Virus record (IMG/VR): IMGVR_UViG_3300028374_000796
From: a virus
Length of the DNA: 64,000 nt
Direction: 5' to 3' (one strand)
Position 1 is the stretch's first letter, and the number at the start of each line of letters is the position of its first letter. Below, one piece after another: positions 7,702 through 19,100 of the stretch. The position numbers and the translations under genes were made by a program. A model generated the notes under the pieces. The model saw only the letters and a program-made list of their open reading frames with translations. It was not told where the DNA came from and searched no databases.

Positions 7702-10515
7702 TTATTTTAAAAGTTTACTTCTACGAATGAGAACCTTAGATTCCCCTACGGAAGTTTTTCTACCCAAAGCCAAGTGACAGGCATTCAGAAATGAATGAAC
7801 ATTGTTATAGTTGGAAGACCCACCTACCTTAGATAAGCAAGTATATAGTTCAGAGGGTAAAGGACTGGATCCATAGTCTCTATCTTTCAGGTACATAGCA
7901 GCAACAATGTCTCTATTAGATACCTGATTCATTCTAGCTACCTTGTCCCATCCTCCTTCTTTAGCTTCATAGATAACAGAAAAGACTTTTCTCAAACGAG
8001 TGCTATTCTTAATCTCAGATGAGTATCGAGAAGAGAATGCTTGAAAACCTGAAATGATATTATCATTCACGTTAGGCTTTCCACTGTCTCCTTTGTCCTC
8101 AAACAAAACTTCCCGTGGGTCTAAGCCCAACTCGTTTTTCATATCCTCAGTGATTTCTTTCTTGATATCGTTATGAAGCTCTTTCTTGATATCGTTTCGA
8201 ATTTCTTCGATAGGAGAACCTTCATCTCCTCCTTCTTCGTCTTCCTCCTCCTCATCATCAAAACCAAAGGACTTTTTAGATACGGAAGCTAAACGAGAAT
8301 TCAATTCCTCTTTGAGAATACGAACAGACTCTAGTTCTTGCCCCAGTATTTCTTGGGCAGCCGTTCTAACATGTTTGTCAATGTTCTGACTTTCCAGAAA
8401 CTCTGCCAACATAGGAGAAGCTGTAAGCAACTCAGCTTGCTTCTCAGCGGTTGCTTCTCTCTCTTCAGGGGTGATATCGGAAGAAGAGTTAAGAATGCTT
8501 CTAAGGACCGCTCCTTTGAATGCAGGGTTAGCTACCCAAGAAGCTTCAATGAAAGTAACGGATTCTGGATCAGTTTTATAACCACAGAGTTCTGCAATTA
8601 CACGCTTCTTTCCTTTGGCATCATGAAAATAATTGCCTTTCTCATACTTGACATGTTCGCAAAGTTCTGTTTCGTCCGCAGCTACGTTTCCACATTTCGT
8701 GCAAATGCTGTATTGAATAGAGCATCCCATACTCAAGGTATTGATTTTTCCCGCTTCGATATCTGCAACAAGTTCACCGTGCTTACGGTTAGTTGCTACC
8801 AAAATATCAACATAGACGGTATCGCCCAGGTCTCTGGATACTGCATCAATTACCTTACCTTTTGATAAATCTGGAATCTGAATGTGTTCTACATAGTTTT
8901 CGGCACCAATGAAAGTACGATAGGTACCCATGAGAAGTTCTCGCTCCCACGCATCTCCATTGCAATTATGAACTGCGAATCCATTAGCTAAGTACGAATG
9001 ATCCTCTTCTACCTCGATATTATAGACTTTAGTGTTTTCGGGTCTTGCCTCGACTTCGGTGATCATTTGGACACAATAATCATTAATGAATCGATGAGAA
9101 GGGGCTGTTTGCACTTTCACGTCAAATAAATCCTCATAGATAGTGTCTTTAATTAATTCAGACACCCAACAATATCCAACGAGGACTTCCCAACATTCTA
9201 GGGTAGTACTAAGGTCATTTATAACAGATCCCGTTACAGGGTCTTTGATACGACCAGGACGTTCTCGGTGAGAGCGGCGGGACGAAATTCCTAATGAATT
9301 TAGAATTTGATGAACTTGATTAATCAGGGAAGCAGAGGCCGAGGTACCCTCTAACCTAGGAGCCTTTTCTCCCGTAGGGACGAAAAAGGATCCATCTCCT
9401 TCAAACCAACCTCTGAGAATTTCAAAAAGAATTTCAGAAGACTCTTGTAGAAGGTATGGATGTAGGTATTTTGTTACAGACTCATTACCTTTTACCCATT
9501 TTTGGAAAAAAGATACCATATCTCTATTAGTGCGGGTCGTGGTGACATAAATACCCTTATGGTCACTGGAATCACGAACTACACATTGGACCCCAAATTC
9601 GGACTCCATTAATTCTACGACATTTTGTGCTAAAGTATGACGCTCATTTTCGTGAAATGCCCACAGTACCCCTACTTTGGAATTATCATTATAGCTATCA
9701 AGTTCATAATGACCTTCGGCAAGGAAGTATCCTATGAGACGAGCTTGTCCTTTGGTAATTCCAGTGTTATATACATCTATAGGGATAATAGGCTGCGTAG
9801 CAAAATGCTGTTTAGGAGTTAAATCCTCTGCTTCCAAAAAAGTCCCGTCTTTTTCTTTAAGAAGGGATTTATTAGAAGCTCCCTTTTCATAGTAGCACCA
9901 CTTAGAACAATAATGTCTGCCTAGTAAATGAGATGCGCTTTTATTATTTCTATCAATGTCGGAACCACACTCAACACATTCTTTATTAGCCTCAAAGACA
10001 AAGAAAGGATGCTCGGGAGTGGTACTAAGACGCTCATTGGATCCCTGGATTTTAATGTCCAGAATATTTCCCTCATAATCATTTTCAAAAGTCTGTGTAA
10101 CTTTTCTAATTCTCCCCTTATGAGTTCTTACCTCATCTCCAACTCGAACATCTTCGATATTTTTGACAGTACCATCACCCATAGTAATATGAGTACCGCT
10201 TTCAAAACAGTTCACAAATTTTGAAGTTTCTGGTGTGATATAATAATCGTTGTGGAGTCTCTTAATGGACTGACCACCGTCCCCCTGTATCTTTTCCCCT
10301 ATCTTTACGTTAGGAACTTCATCAACGTCTACAGACGCAATGATAGTACAGTGAGTAAGGAGGTATTTGCTGGGATCAGCATACTCTCCTAAATTAATAG
10401 AAGATCCTGTTTTGTTAAAAGGATCAGTGGAAGAAGCCTGGCGGATTTGATTCCACTTATCTTTTCCCACATTAGATTCTTCAACGATAGCTTTTGCAAA
10501 TTTTAAGAAGGCCAT
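7702..10515 (-). CDS. Prohead (head maturation) protease, intein-containing, with an acidic C-terminal extension
   Basis: The spliced product reads SKFVN-CNGDAWERELL; candidate catalytic His (YVEH) and Ser (TLSMGC); located in the head module. Confidence 0.75.
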   Translation of the reverse strand: MAFLKFAKAIVEESNVGKDKWNQIRQASSTDPFNKTGSSINLGEYADPSKYLLTHCTIIASVDVDEVPNVKIGEKIQGDGGQSIKRLHNDYYITPETSKFVNCFESGTHITMGDGTVKNIEDVRVGDEVRTHKGRIRKVTQTFENDYEGNILDIKIQGSNERLSTTPEHPFFVFEANKECVECGSDIDRNNKSASHLLGRHYCSKWCYYEKGASNKSLLKEKDGTFLEAEDLTPKQHFATQPIIPIDVYNTGITKGQARLIGYFLAEGHYELDSYNDNSKVGVLWAFHENERHTLAQNVVELMESEFGVQCVVRDSSDHKGIYVTTTRTNRDMVSFFQKWVKGNESVTKYLHPYLLQESSEILFEILRGWFEGDGSFFVPTGEKAPRLEGTSASASLINQVHQILNSLGISSRRSHRERPGRIKDPVTGSVINDLSTTLECWEVLVGYCWVSELIKDTIYEDLFDVKVQTAPSHRFINDYCVQMITEVEARPENTKVYNIEVEEDHSYLANGFAVHNCNGDAWERELLMGTYRTFIGAENYVEHIQIPDLSKGKVIDAVSRDLGDTVYVDILVATNRKHGELVADIEAGKINTLSMGCSIQYSICTKCGNVAADETELCEHVKYEKGNYFHDAKGKKRVIAELCGYKTDPESVTFIEASWVANPAFKGAVLRSILNSSSDITPEEREATAEKQAELLTASPMLAEFLESQNIDKHVRTAAQEILGQELESVRILKEELNSRLASVSKKSFGFDDEEEEDEEGGDEGSPIEEIRNDIKKELHNDIKKEITEDMKNELGLDPREVLFEDKGDSGKPNVNDNIISGFQAFSSRYSSEIKNSTRLRKVFSVIYEAKEGGWDKVARMNQVSNRDIVAAMYLKDRDYGSSPLPSELYTCLSKVGGSSNYNNVHSFLNACHLALGRKTSVGESKVLIRRSKLLK
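8965..10209 (-). mobile_element. Intein (415 aa) with LAGLIDADG endonuclease in the prohead protease
   Basis: Starts CFESGT, has block B TPEHPF, endonuclease motifs LIGYFLAEG and RGWFEGDG, and ends HSYLANGFAVHN followed by +1 Cys. Confidence 0.95.
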
Positions 10516-10535
10516 TATTGGATCTCCAATTAGGA

Positions 10536-11477
10536 TTATTCGTTATTTCGATAAGTGCCGCGATAGAATCTTTCGAGCACGTTGTTAGTGGTAGTATCAA
10601 AATACCCAGGAGTTCTAACAACTTTTTGCTTAGGTACGTCATCATCCTCTACAACAGGGAGTGGACCTGCGCCTAAATCTTCGGGGGTATCTTCTAATTC
10701 TTCTATCCTATCTTCATCAGCTTTTTTAAAAATGCTTGATTCACGGTCTCCATAAACCGCTTGAAGAAGGGGATCCTTAGGGGTGAAGAAATCCACAACG
10801 GTTCTTTGTTGGTCCAAAGGTTCTGGTTCTTCTCCAGGATTTAATAAATCCGCAGGAGTGATCATCCAAAGACACTGTGGACAAACATAGAGCTTTGTTC
10901 TTTTCTGATAACAGGCTTTCTGCAATTCAGTTTTGCACTGAGGACAATGAAAACAGCTTGTTTCTACTTCGGATTGAGTAGGGCCATATTGACGACCTTT
11001 AGCTTTCCAGTATAAAGAGTTCTTGACTCTTGATTCTATAAAGGCTACTCTAATAGATCTCTGAATTTCATCGTCACTATGCGTTGAAGCAAAACGAGAA
11101 AAGAGGAAGTTATAGGCATCCATTTCTTGCAAGCCTTCTTCCCGTAACCTATTAGCTTTTGATACTAGATTAGAATACCTTTTATGGTAAAAAGAAGATG
11201 CTACCCTCTGAGCGCGTTCGCGCTCCCAAGTATTATCTCCAGTATCTTCCAAATCTGTATCTTCAATATCCCGTTTCGTTACTTCCGTAGGAGATAATCG
11301 AAGTGTTCCAAAAGATGTTTCAACATCCAGGAACCCAATCTTATCTAAAACAGCAGTAACTCTACCCATAGAAGGAGCATATCTGTTCCCCCTCGTGAAA
11401 ATAGGTAGGAGCACAATGTCTCCTATTGTAAACTGTTGACAGAGCTTCCGCTCATCTATGTAGGCTTTTTTAGTCAC
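10536..11477 (-). CDS. Hypothetical head-module protein with a CxxC...CxxC zinc ribbon
   Basis: CPQCKTELQKACYQKRTKLYVCPQC. Confidence 0.7.
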   Translation of the reverse strand: MTKKAYIDERKLCQQFTIGDIVLLPIFTRGNRYAPSMGRVTAVLDKIGFLDVETSFGTLRLSPTEVTKRDIEDTDLEDTGDNTWERERAQRVASSFYHKRYSNLVSKANRLREEGLQEMDAYNFLFSRFASTHSDDEIQRSIRVAFIESRVKNSLYWKAKGRQYGPTQSEVETSCFHCPQCKTELQKACYQKRTKLYVCPQCLWMITPADLLNPGEEPEPLDQQRTVVDFFTPKDPLLQAVYGDRESSIFKKADEDRIEELEDTPEDLGAGPLPVVEDDDVPKQKVVRTPGYFDTTTNNVLERFYRGTYRNNE

Positions 11478-11527
11478 AAGAGGGCTCCGTAGTTAAAATG
11501 AAAAAGAAAAGCCCGACCGCCTTTCTA

Positions 11528-11535
11528 ATAAATAG
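11528..11535 (-). promoter_or_regulatory. Candidate late-promoter motif CTATTTAT
   Basis: Intergenic, about 50 nt upstream of the GTG at 11477. Confidence 0.35.
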
Positions 11536-11556
11536 GAAAGACGGTCGGAAAACTTT

Positions 11557-12084
11557 TCATCCCCAATAATCGTCGGAGTCTTTTCCTGCGACTTTGGAAT
11601 CATTCCAATAATCATCGGTAGAAGAAGTCTTAGACTCTCCCCAATAATCAGTGGAGGCTTCCTTTTTCTCTTCTTCCTTTTTCTCTTCTTCGTCCGCATC
11701 ATCTGCAAAACGATACCAAGAAGCAGACTTGGTATTGCTTAGTTCGGACTGTGGCTCTCCTTCAAGAGTTTCTTCATGGAATTGTCCATGAGGATCCTTT
11801 TTCATGTGATCCATATAAGGCTCATCAGTGTCGCCTTCGCCATCTTGAACCCCGTGCTGGTTGAACTGATCCATATAGGGTTCGTCAGGCTGGGTTTCAA
11901 GTGTCTTAGCTTGACGATCAAGTCCAACTAATCTTTCCAAACGATCGGAAAGACTGTCGACATGAAGACAAAAGTCATAAGCAGCTTTTTTTGACAAGCC
12001 ATAAGAGTTCCAGTTTCCTTGAACTTCAGTGGCGATTTTATCGAGACGCTTAGTATAAGCGATGATTTCTCTTTTGGTTAGCAT
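11557..12084 (-). CDS. Small acidic head-module protein (scaffold/core-like)
   Basis: The likely start is ATG 12084 (MLTKREII) after a GGAAGG RBS; DEPYMD occurs twice and DDYW/DYW repeats form the tail. Confidence 0.7.
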   Translation of the reverse strand: MLTKREIIAYTKRLDKIATEVQGNWNSYGLSKKAAYDFCLHVDSLSDRLERLVGLDRQAKTLETQPDEPYMDQFNQHGVQDGEGDTDEPYMDHMKKDPHGQFHEETLEGEPQSELSNTKSASWYRFADDADEEEKKEEEKKEASTDYWGESKTSSTDDYWNDSKVAGKDSDDYWG

Positions 12085-12195
12085 ATTCCCTTCCCTCTGT
12101 GGGTGGTTAATGATCTGTCGGTGAAAATGTCTCAACGACCTGCCCGCCATCAAAGGCGGAAATAGTCGTTACAAACAAACTACAAAAAGATTATT

Positions 12196-13590
12196 TCAAT
12201 TTTCGGTAACTCTCAGTAATAAATCTAAGAGAGCGTTATAGGTTGGTGCATCAATTGTGTTGTCATACTTCCCCTGATCACAAGTATAAATAGAGTAATC
12301 AAGAGCAATTCTACATGCCATGTCTGGATTATATCCAACCAGGTCATTAGATAGAAAAGGCTTTTTTAAACATTCCATTGCTTCATGTATAATAACAGCA
12401 AAATCTTTTTCATCTAGCTGTCTGGGGTCTTTGAGACGCCATTTAGGTGAAAGAGTCTTAAACCCATCATCTTCATGGAGGGGTCCAGGTAGACCACGAT
12501 ATTGTGCCCCTTTCCTAAATCCTGATCGGATAGCAGAGGCGATTTTTTTACCTTTTTCATCTGTAGTGGTTTTCTTCATCTCTAATGCCCCATCAAGGAT
12601 ATATTGCAAAGTGGTGATCCAGGCTGCCTCATTAGACAGATGGTTTTTTATTTGGTCCGAGGCTTCTTTTGCGGTTTCTATAAGAGTTTCTGTTTGCTCA
12701 AAGCCTGTTCTTCTTAACCTTTCTCTCCATTCTTTAGCCTGTTTCTTCAGTTCGGATCGGGAACCCTGATCAAATTCTTCGTCAGGTTCCTCAATATTTC
12801 TGAGAATTTCATCTAGATCTAAAGGGGGAAAGTCCTCTTTCTTAAAATTTTCCCAGGCATTTTCTACTAGCTGTATCATGACCTGATAGTAACTTTCATA
12901 CCAACCCCGACTCTCGGTGAGGCTTTCATTAATATACTTTTCTTTAAAATAGGTCAGATTGTCTGCGAACTGTTTTGCGTCCCAATTTTCCATGTGACGG
13001 CGAAACCGATGCCTCTCTTTGAGCTTGACCACTCCCTCTTCAAATACTTCATCCCGATCCCATTCAGGGGGCTTAGGACGAGTCTTTAATCCAAGGGCTT
13101 GCTTTATTGCTTTCTTTTCCCCAGCACTATAATCACTCCCCAGCATGTGTTGTAGCTCTGCTGCAGGTCTTTCGTATAGTTTGATAGCAGCATCTAGGAC
13201 CGCCTGCTCTGTTGCAGGACGATTCTCTTTTATGGGTTCCTTCTCTTTTTCTGATTCTTCTTCTATCTCATCAACGTCTTCTTCCAGATTGTCTTCTTCA
13301 ACTTCTTCTTCATCTTCGAGTTCTAATTCGTCTTCATCAAACTCAAAAGAAAGTATAGTTTTGAGAGCTACCCTCTTTGCAATAGAGGACCCTCCAATGT
13401 CCTTATAGTTTAGAGAAAGATCCTTATCATCACTATCGAGATCGGGATCTTCTACTTTAATACGGTCACGATTCTTGTCAGTTCTTGGAGGTTTCTTAGT
13501 CGGGCTTTTCTTAACCAGACGCTCTACTTCCTCGTTCTCTCTTTGGTATTGGTCCTTTGTGGACGTTTTGTATGGAGAAGTTTTCACCAC
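12196..13590 (-). CDS. Hypothetical head-module protein
   Basis: 464-aa ORF with an acidic tract, between the portal and protease genes. Confidence 0.7.
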   Translation of the reverse strand: MVKTSPYKTSTKDQYQRENEEVERLVKKSPTKKPPRTDKNRDRIKVEDPDLDSDDKDLSLNYKDIGGSSIAKRVALKTILSFEFDEDELELEDEEEVEEDNLEEDVDEIEEESEKEKEPIKENRPATEQAVLDAAIKLYERPAAELQHMLGSDYSAGEKKAIKQALGLKTRPKPPEWDRDEVFEEGVVKLKERHRFRRHMENWDAKQFADNLTYFKEKYINESLTESRGWYESYYQVMIQLVENAWENFKKEDFPPLDLDEILRNIEEPDEEFDQGSRSELKKQAKEWRERLRRTGFEQTETLIETAKEASDQIKNHLSNEAAWITTLQYILDGALEMKKTTTDEKGKKIASAIRSGFRKGAQYRGLPGPLHEDDGFKTLSPKWRLKDPRQLDEKDFAVIIHEAMECLKKPFLSNDLVGYNPDMACRIALDYSIYTCDQGKYDNTIDAPTYNALLDLLLRVTEN

Positions 13591-13619
13591 GGTTTAGCCT
13601 ATTAGCAAAAAAGAGGATA

Positions 13620-13665
13620 GGGGATGATAATCATTACTACTTAATATGAGAAGATTATCATCCCC
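13620..13665. repeat. 13-bp perfect inverted repeat downstream of the portal gene (terminator or processing hairpin)
   Basis: GGGGATGATAATC-N20-GATTATCATCCCC; on the minus strand a T-run follows after a 7-nt spacer. Confidence 0.7.
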
Positions 13666-13685
13666 CCACCACTTCTTTATTCTTC

Positions 13686-15455
13686 TTAGAACCTTCCGCC
13701 GCCCTCTTCAGGTTCGATATACTGTACATCGAACTGAGATACCTGTGACAGATACTTAATGAATAGGGGAAGGAAGTCAGACTTCTCAACCATTCCCCTT
13801 CCTACTTCACTGAGAACGCCTCTAATGGCTTCGTTGAAGGTAGCATCGTTGACGGTGAACATATCATTCTCTAACTGCTCACGAACCGCGTCAGGGTCCA
13901 AGTTAAATAGTTCAAGAATATAGTTGACAGAGAGGGAACCTTTCTGGTATAGATTGAACAGAGAGTCGAAAGTGTCTCTGTTATCTCTGACTGCCAAACG
14001 AGTGAAAGATAGTTTGGGGTAAAGAAGTACCTCATTACCAAATTCATCCATCTCTACAAAGCCTTTCCTTCTTGCAATAGGCTTAAAGAGATATTCTTCA
14101 ACATACCGTTGGATGTGGTCTCTATATAGAAGGTATCTATTATTGATTATCTCCAGATTGATTTTTTCTGCGCCAAAGGAACCATCTCCTGTCAGCATAG
14201 ATTCAGTCACTCCCAGTCCAGCGAACAACTGACGATCGGTCATATCATATTCACCACTCAAATTGAGCAGCCTAGAGTCCGCAGATATCTCTTCCCAATT
14301 CACCTGATAGTTCGTGATAATGGAAAAGTCAGGATCGAGTAGAGCAAGGTCAACCTGATCTCGTAATTCTTCTACATCATGAACATCCAAATCTTCTGCA
14401 TAAATAAGACGCTTTGGAGTCATTGCTCGGGAAGCGATACTTGTCTGTGCCTGTCTCAGTTTGTCTCTGTATACCAGAGTTCTAAGACACCTCTGGAGAA
14501 TAGAAACTCCATTGGTTTGATAGCTCGGTTTTGATCTAGCCAGATGATAGACAAAAGACCCTTCATGGGGATCGGTTCCTAGAGGAATGTTTTGTCCCGT
14601 TTCCAAATACTGCCGAATCTCTTTAGGGATATTCAGGTATTGTTTACTTGCCTGGGGATCCCCTTGCATAGCTCGTTGTACTAAATTAGCAGTTCTGGCA
14701 TCGGGAATGAGTTCAATGATATCTTCATCACTAAACTGAAAAGCATTTAGTTGTACTTGATCCGGTGGCAAAACTTGAAGTCTTTTCCAACCTTTATAAT
14801 GCTTTCTTTTATACTCTTCTTCAAGCTCACGCCAATTTGATCTATTCTTCTTCGTTACAACAGCTTCGCCGTCAAGTGTAATCTCATGTTCATACTTGAA
14901 ATAGATTTCTTCAGGGACCTCTACGGGAGTATCCTCTGCAAAAATAAAAGCCTCTCCGATCACATAATACTCACGAGTCGCATCAATGAGAACTTGAAGT
15001 AAATTAATTTGATCTACCATATCCGTAAAATAGGTTAAAATCTTACGGTTTTGTTTAGGGTCTTTCCCTTTAGGCAAAGTCAAACGAATCTTAGAAAGAG
15101 GCAACTCAGTATGGAGATCAATTGCTTGACCTACATAAGGATCATTATTATAGAAATGCCTGTAATAGGACCTTTGCTCTGTTCTATTCTGAGGAAGCTC
15201 AAGGAAGTCTGGAGACAAGTGTGGGCTATAAATATTAGTCCCCTGTCCATGCATAAAGCCGCCTCCGAAAGCACCAGCTCCCATTCCACCACTACCTGTT
15301 CTAAGGTTCATAGAAGCTACTGCGACCTTCTTACGGCGAGACGCTTCTACTTTCCTGCCCGGGGTTATCTCAACCTTACTAGGAGGATAAGAAGACCTAC
15401 GCACCTCTGAAACTCTGGATACAATTACACTTTGATCATCATTTGTTCTTGCCAT
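13686..15455 (-). CDS. Portal protein
   Basis: 589 aa, downstream of TerL; portal-like segments FYNNDPYVGQAIDLH and GVSILQRCLRTLVYRDKLRQAQ. Confidence 0.8.
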   Translation of the reverse strand: MARTNDDQSVIVSRVSEVRRSSYPPSKVEITPGRKVEASRRKKVAVASMNLRTGSGGMGAGAFGGGFMHGQGTNIYSPHLSPDFLELPQNRTEQRSYYRHFYNNDPYVGQAIDLHTELPLSKIRLTLPKGKDPKQNRKILTYFTDMVDQINLLQVLIDATREYYVIGEAFIFAEDTPVEVPEEIYFKYEHEITLDGEAVVTKKNRSNWRELEEEYKRKHYKGWKRLQVLPPDQVQLNAFQFSDEDIIELIPDARTANLVQRAMQGDPQASKQYLNIPKEIRQYLETGQNIPLGTDPHEGSFVYHLARSKPSYQTNGVSILQRCLRTLVYRDKLRQAQTSIASRAMTPKRLIYAEDLDVHDVEELRDQVDLALLDPDFSIITNYQVNWEEISADSRLLNLSGEYDMTDRQLFAGLGVTESMLTGDGSFGAEKINLEIINNRYLLYRDHIQRYVEEYLFKPIARRKGFVEMDEFGNEVLLYPKLSFTRLAVRDNRDTFDSLFNLYQKGSLSVNYILELFNLDPDAVREQLENDMFTVNDATFNEAIRGVLSEVGRGMVEKSDFLPLFIKYLSQVSQFDVQYIEPEEGGGRF

Positions 15456-15462
15456 ATTTGAC

Positions 15463-15819
15463 TTACTCCTGTACTTCCTCTAAATATCGTTTAAGACGCT
15501 CAATCTTTGATTCAACTGATCTTGATTCTTTAACGATAGTCTCTTCTATTATTTCTTCCCTTTCAGCGTCCCGCTCAAAGGCGTAAAGTCGCCTGTTCAA
15601 TTTTCTTAGAATAGGCATTTCCCGAACTCTACGAAGGACATCTCCAAAGAATCTCTCTTCGACTTCTGCGATCTTTCTTTCATGAACCTTCTCTACAAGA
15701 AGATTCTTGATTTTTTTGCTAGTATCCCCAGCTAATTTTAAATCACGTTCCAATCTGGAATACGTTTGTCTTAGGAGCGACATCAACTCTTTCAATTCTT
15801 TTAGCTCATCCTTATTCAT
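15463..15819 (-). CDS. Hypothetical protein (coiled-coil)
   Basis: 118-aa ORF in the operon, with an RBS. Confidence 0.65.
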   Translation of the reverse strand: MNKDELKELKELMSLLRQTYSRLERDLKLAGDTSKKIKNLLVEKVHERKIAEVEERFFGDVLRRVREMPILRKLNRRLYAFERDAEREEIIEETIVKESRSVESKIERLKRYLEEVQE

Positions 15820-15828
15820 GTTCTTCCT

Positions 15829-16104
15829 CTATTTTTTATCTAAGAAAGGGCGATCTTTCAGTTCTTTTTTTAGCTTCAAGAAACTTTTACACACTTTCCG
15901 CATTAACTGCCATTGATCCAAAGATCCTTCCGCAAGACCTACCCAGCTACCTTCTGATTTTTCAAAAAGATCCTTTAGTAATAGGTAGTCTTCCTCCTCC
16001 ATTCTTTTATAATGATCTCCCATTTTTCGGATATAAGTATGGATGGTCACATACCAAAAGCGTTCTTTCAGGGGGAGTTTATCTTTTTCTTCTTCTTTGC
16101 TCAT
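15829..16104 (-). CDS. Hypothetical protein
   Basis: 91-aa ORF whose start overlaps the TerL stop codon. Confidence 0.65.
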   Translation of the reverse strand: MSKEEEKDKLPLKERFWYVTIHTYIRKMGDHYKRMEEEDYLLLKDLFEKSEGSWVGLAEGSLDQWQLMRKVCKSFLKLKKELKDRPFLDKK

Positions 16105-19100
16105 TACCTACCTCCATTATTACGACCACCACCGGATCCTCTGGGGTTTCGCTTCGACGTATAGTTTCTGCTTCTTCGTTTACGACGATGATATTCAGTC
16201 GTAGTTCTAGGCTGTCTTCCTCCAATTCCACGGGAACCTACCACCTGAGGATTATGAGAATGATTCTTCTTATTCATAAGACGATCCATAGCAATCCAGA
16301 CTGCCCGTGTAAGAGCATCAGAAAAGTCATCATATTTCCCTCGAACTTGTGGAGCCTCTACCATGATCATTCGTTTTCCTCGGGAAGTGGACTCAAGCTC
16401 TAATAGCTCCTGAATGTGCGGAGAGTGACCTTGTCTCTCTAAACCGTCATCATCAGTGAGAACATAGTCATAGAGTTCGATTTTTTCGCGGTACATAAGG
16501 TTCTTAAATCCTTGATATATTTCAGAAGTTGTACTCCGGGTAAAATTGTTCATTTTGATCCTTGACAAATTACGCCTTTGAAGAATCTGATCAAAACCAA
16601 TACCTTCAAATGAGTCATAAGCTCCTTCTACGACATAAAACCGTTTACAGGCTTCTTCGATCCAGTTAGCAATCTGTTCGTAATCCAGAGTTTCAACAGA
16701 TCCCAAGTCCCTAGCATAAGGAACCATAGGCTTTTCCAAATGAGGATTCAGTAAATGCCACTCTGTTTTAGCCTGCCATTGCTCATGATAAGCCAACTGA
16801 ATCACGTCTTCCTTTAATCGTGTAAGTACCAAAGCTGTGCGGTCCCCTTTCGGGGCCAGGTCAAATCCAAGAAAATGCCGGTCCCTAGTTTTCCCTTTCT
16901 TAGCCGGTCTTAAATCGGGATTAATGCAGGCTAGGAGATCATCATCTCTTTCAATCCAGGACTTGACCTTATCTGTAAATTCAGCCCCGAACTCTGTGGT
17001 GAATGCAATGGGATTTTTTTCGTACTCTTTCTCAAAATAATTATGAGGAATAGTTGGATTCACTTCCCAGGTAGGAGCCTGAATCATTAAAAGACCCTTT
17101 GAACCGGGTCCTCCAGAGAGAGCCATCTCATATTGCTCATAGAACAGCCCCTGCTTGGCGTAAGGGGAAGAGATGAGGATCATCCTACCCTCTGAGTCTC
17201 CAATAGGTATGGAAGCGTCGTCAGGGTCTTTGGGAGAGAACTGCGCCAGAGAAGGGTTGAGAGCCTGATAAACTTCGGAAGCGGAAGCTTGACCACTCGT
17301 ATTAAAGAAAGCGACCTCGTCCATGATGGCCACAATATTAGCAGAACCACGAATACCTTTCGCTACAGAAGAGTAAAACGTAATTCTAACAGAGGGCGCT
17401 CCCTCATTATCTTGATCCTGAGGGGTATGAAATAGAGCTTGCGTTTGTGTCTCATTTCCCATAAACTGGGAGAAGAAATTACAATTATTGAAGTGACGGC
17501 GCACCTCTTTATATAACAAAGCAGCCTGATCCTTCGAGGTAGCAATTGAACAAATCTGAATAGGGGCGCCCTCAGGAGTACCGTAATAGGCTTGTGGGTT
17601 ATATTTCTTTAGCAGCTTATACATTTCATAAGCTGCAATCATAGCCGAGATCGAGCTATTATGATTGGTCATTCCATTAGCTACATATTGGTGACCCTCA
17701 GGAACACTAATATCCCCAACTTCAGTTCTAGTTTCTTTCACAGACACAACTGGATCAAAGAAATAGTCTTTTTCTAGGAATTCTTCACCTTTCGATATTA
17801 ACGTGTTAGATGCCCCATTCTCTTTTGCAGACTCAAGGGTATTTACAAGTCTTCTATACGTCATCTGGTCGGAACTTGAGGGCTTACAAACATTTCCCAA
17901 TTCTTTTCTTACATGACTCCTGCGCCATCCTTTTTCTGAGGATCCGTGGCATAAAGGATTGTTCTTAGGAATAGAATCTAAAAGGGACCTTGACCATTCT
18001 TTTTGGTGTGGAATTGAATTCAAACGAGATTTAGATTTCATACCACAAGTTTCTAGTCGGGTCTTAACCTGACTATTTTTTCTTTCCGTAAGAAATCCAA
18101 TTTGTTCACTGAAAATCCTAGCAGATCGAATCCCAAAAACACCTAAATCATAATAGTCAGTGCCCTCTATTTCTCTAGTTCTAACTCTGGATACGATACC
18201 GAAATTTAGAAGAAGTAACTGAACCTGTTTCGCCATTTTCGGAGATGCAGTACAAAAACTAATCCTTCCGTTATCTGCGCAGCCATCGGTTTCAAACAAT
18301 CCCTTAAGAAAAGCTGAGACAACCTGTTTGGGGGATCTCCGAATCGACCAAGGTATTTCCTTATCATTGGATTTAGCATCGTAATTCCAACCCAAGTCAT
18401 GTAGAAACTCTCGGAATCCTGTACTATGATAGCGTAGCGTTCCTGTTCCGGATTCCAAACCTTCGAGATCTAATTTCTGAGTCCAAAGACTTTCCCCCAT
18501 TAGTTCCTTGAAAAGATCTTCACAAATTGAAATCATTTCTGGATAGGGACCTACCGTAACTCCAATAGAGGATTTACTAGTCCAAGATCCGTCGCCCACC
18601 AATATTCCCATAAGGGTTGCAAAGTCTTCTGTTAGATATTCTGGGGTTGAAAATTCTTTATGACCCTTTTCATTGTTAAACTCAGAAAGGTCTAAATATT
18701 CTGTAGGCCAGAGATCAGTATTTCTATGAATACAGAGATGGTCCCCTTCCTTGATTTGATCCCCGTACTTCCAATCTATAGTCCCATCGGATCCTAATAC
18801 CTTGACCCTATGTTCAGCCGTGCATTCTATGTCATAGCCGCAGTGTGATTCGATCTTATAGGTATCTTCAAACCCGTTATAGTAAAAAGCGTCGGCTTCT
18901 GCTCTCTTAAGTTTCCCTTCCTGTGCGACCTCAAACCCTTTAAGGTCATACCATGTGTCTGAGGTCATTTTCTGGTCAGGAGCAAGCTCACGAAGCGTCT
19001 GGAGACCTTGAGAGGTAAGAAGAAACGTACCGTCTAGCGATCCACATTTCCCACTACGTCTGCCAATCGGAAGGATCAATTCTCTTCTATCGTGGTCCTG

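Noticed and set aside
11493-11708. Lys/Arg-rich 71-aa minus-strand ORF
   Set aside because: It is an alternative frame of the acidic tail of 11557-12084 and also overlaps the candidate promoter motif.
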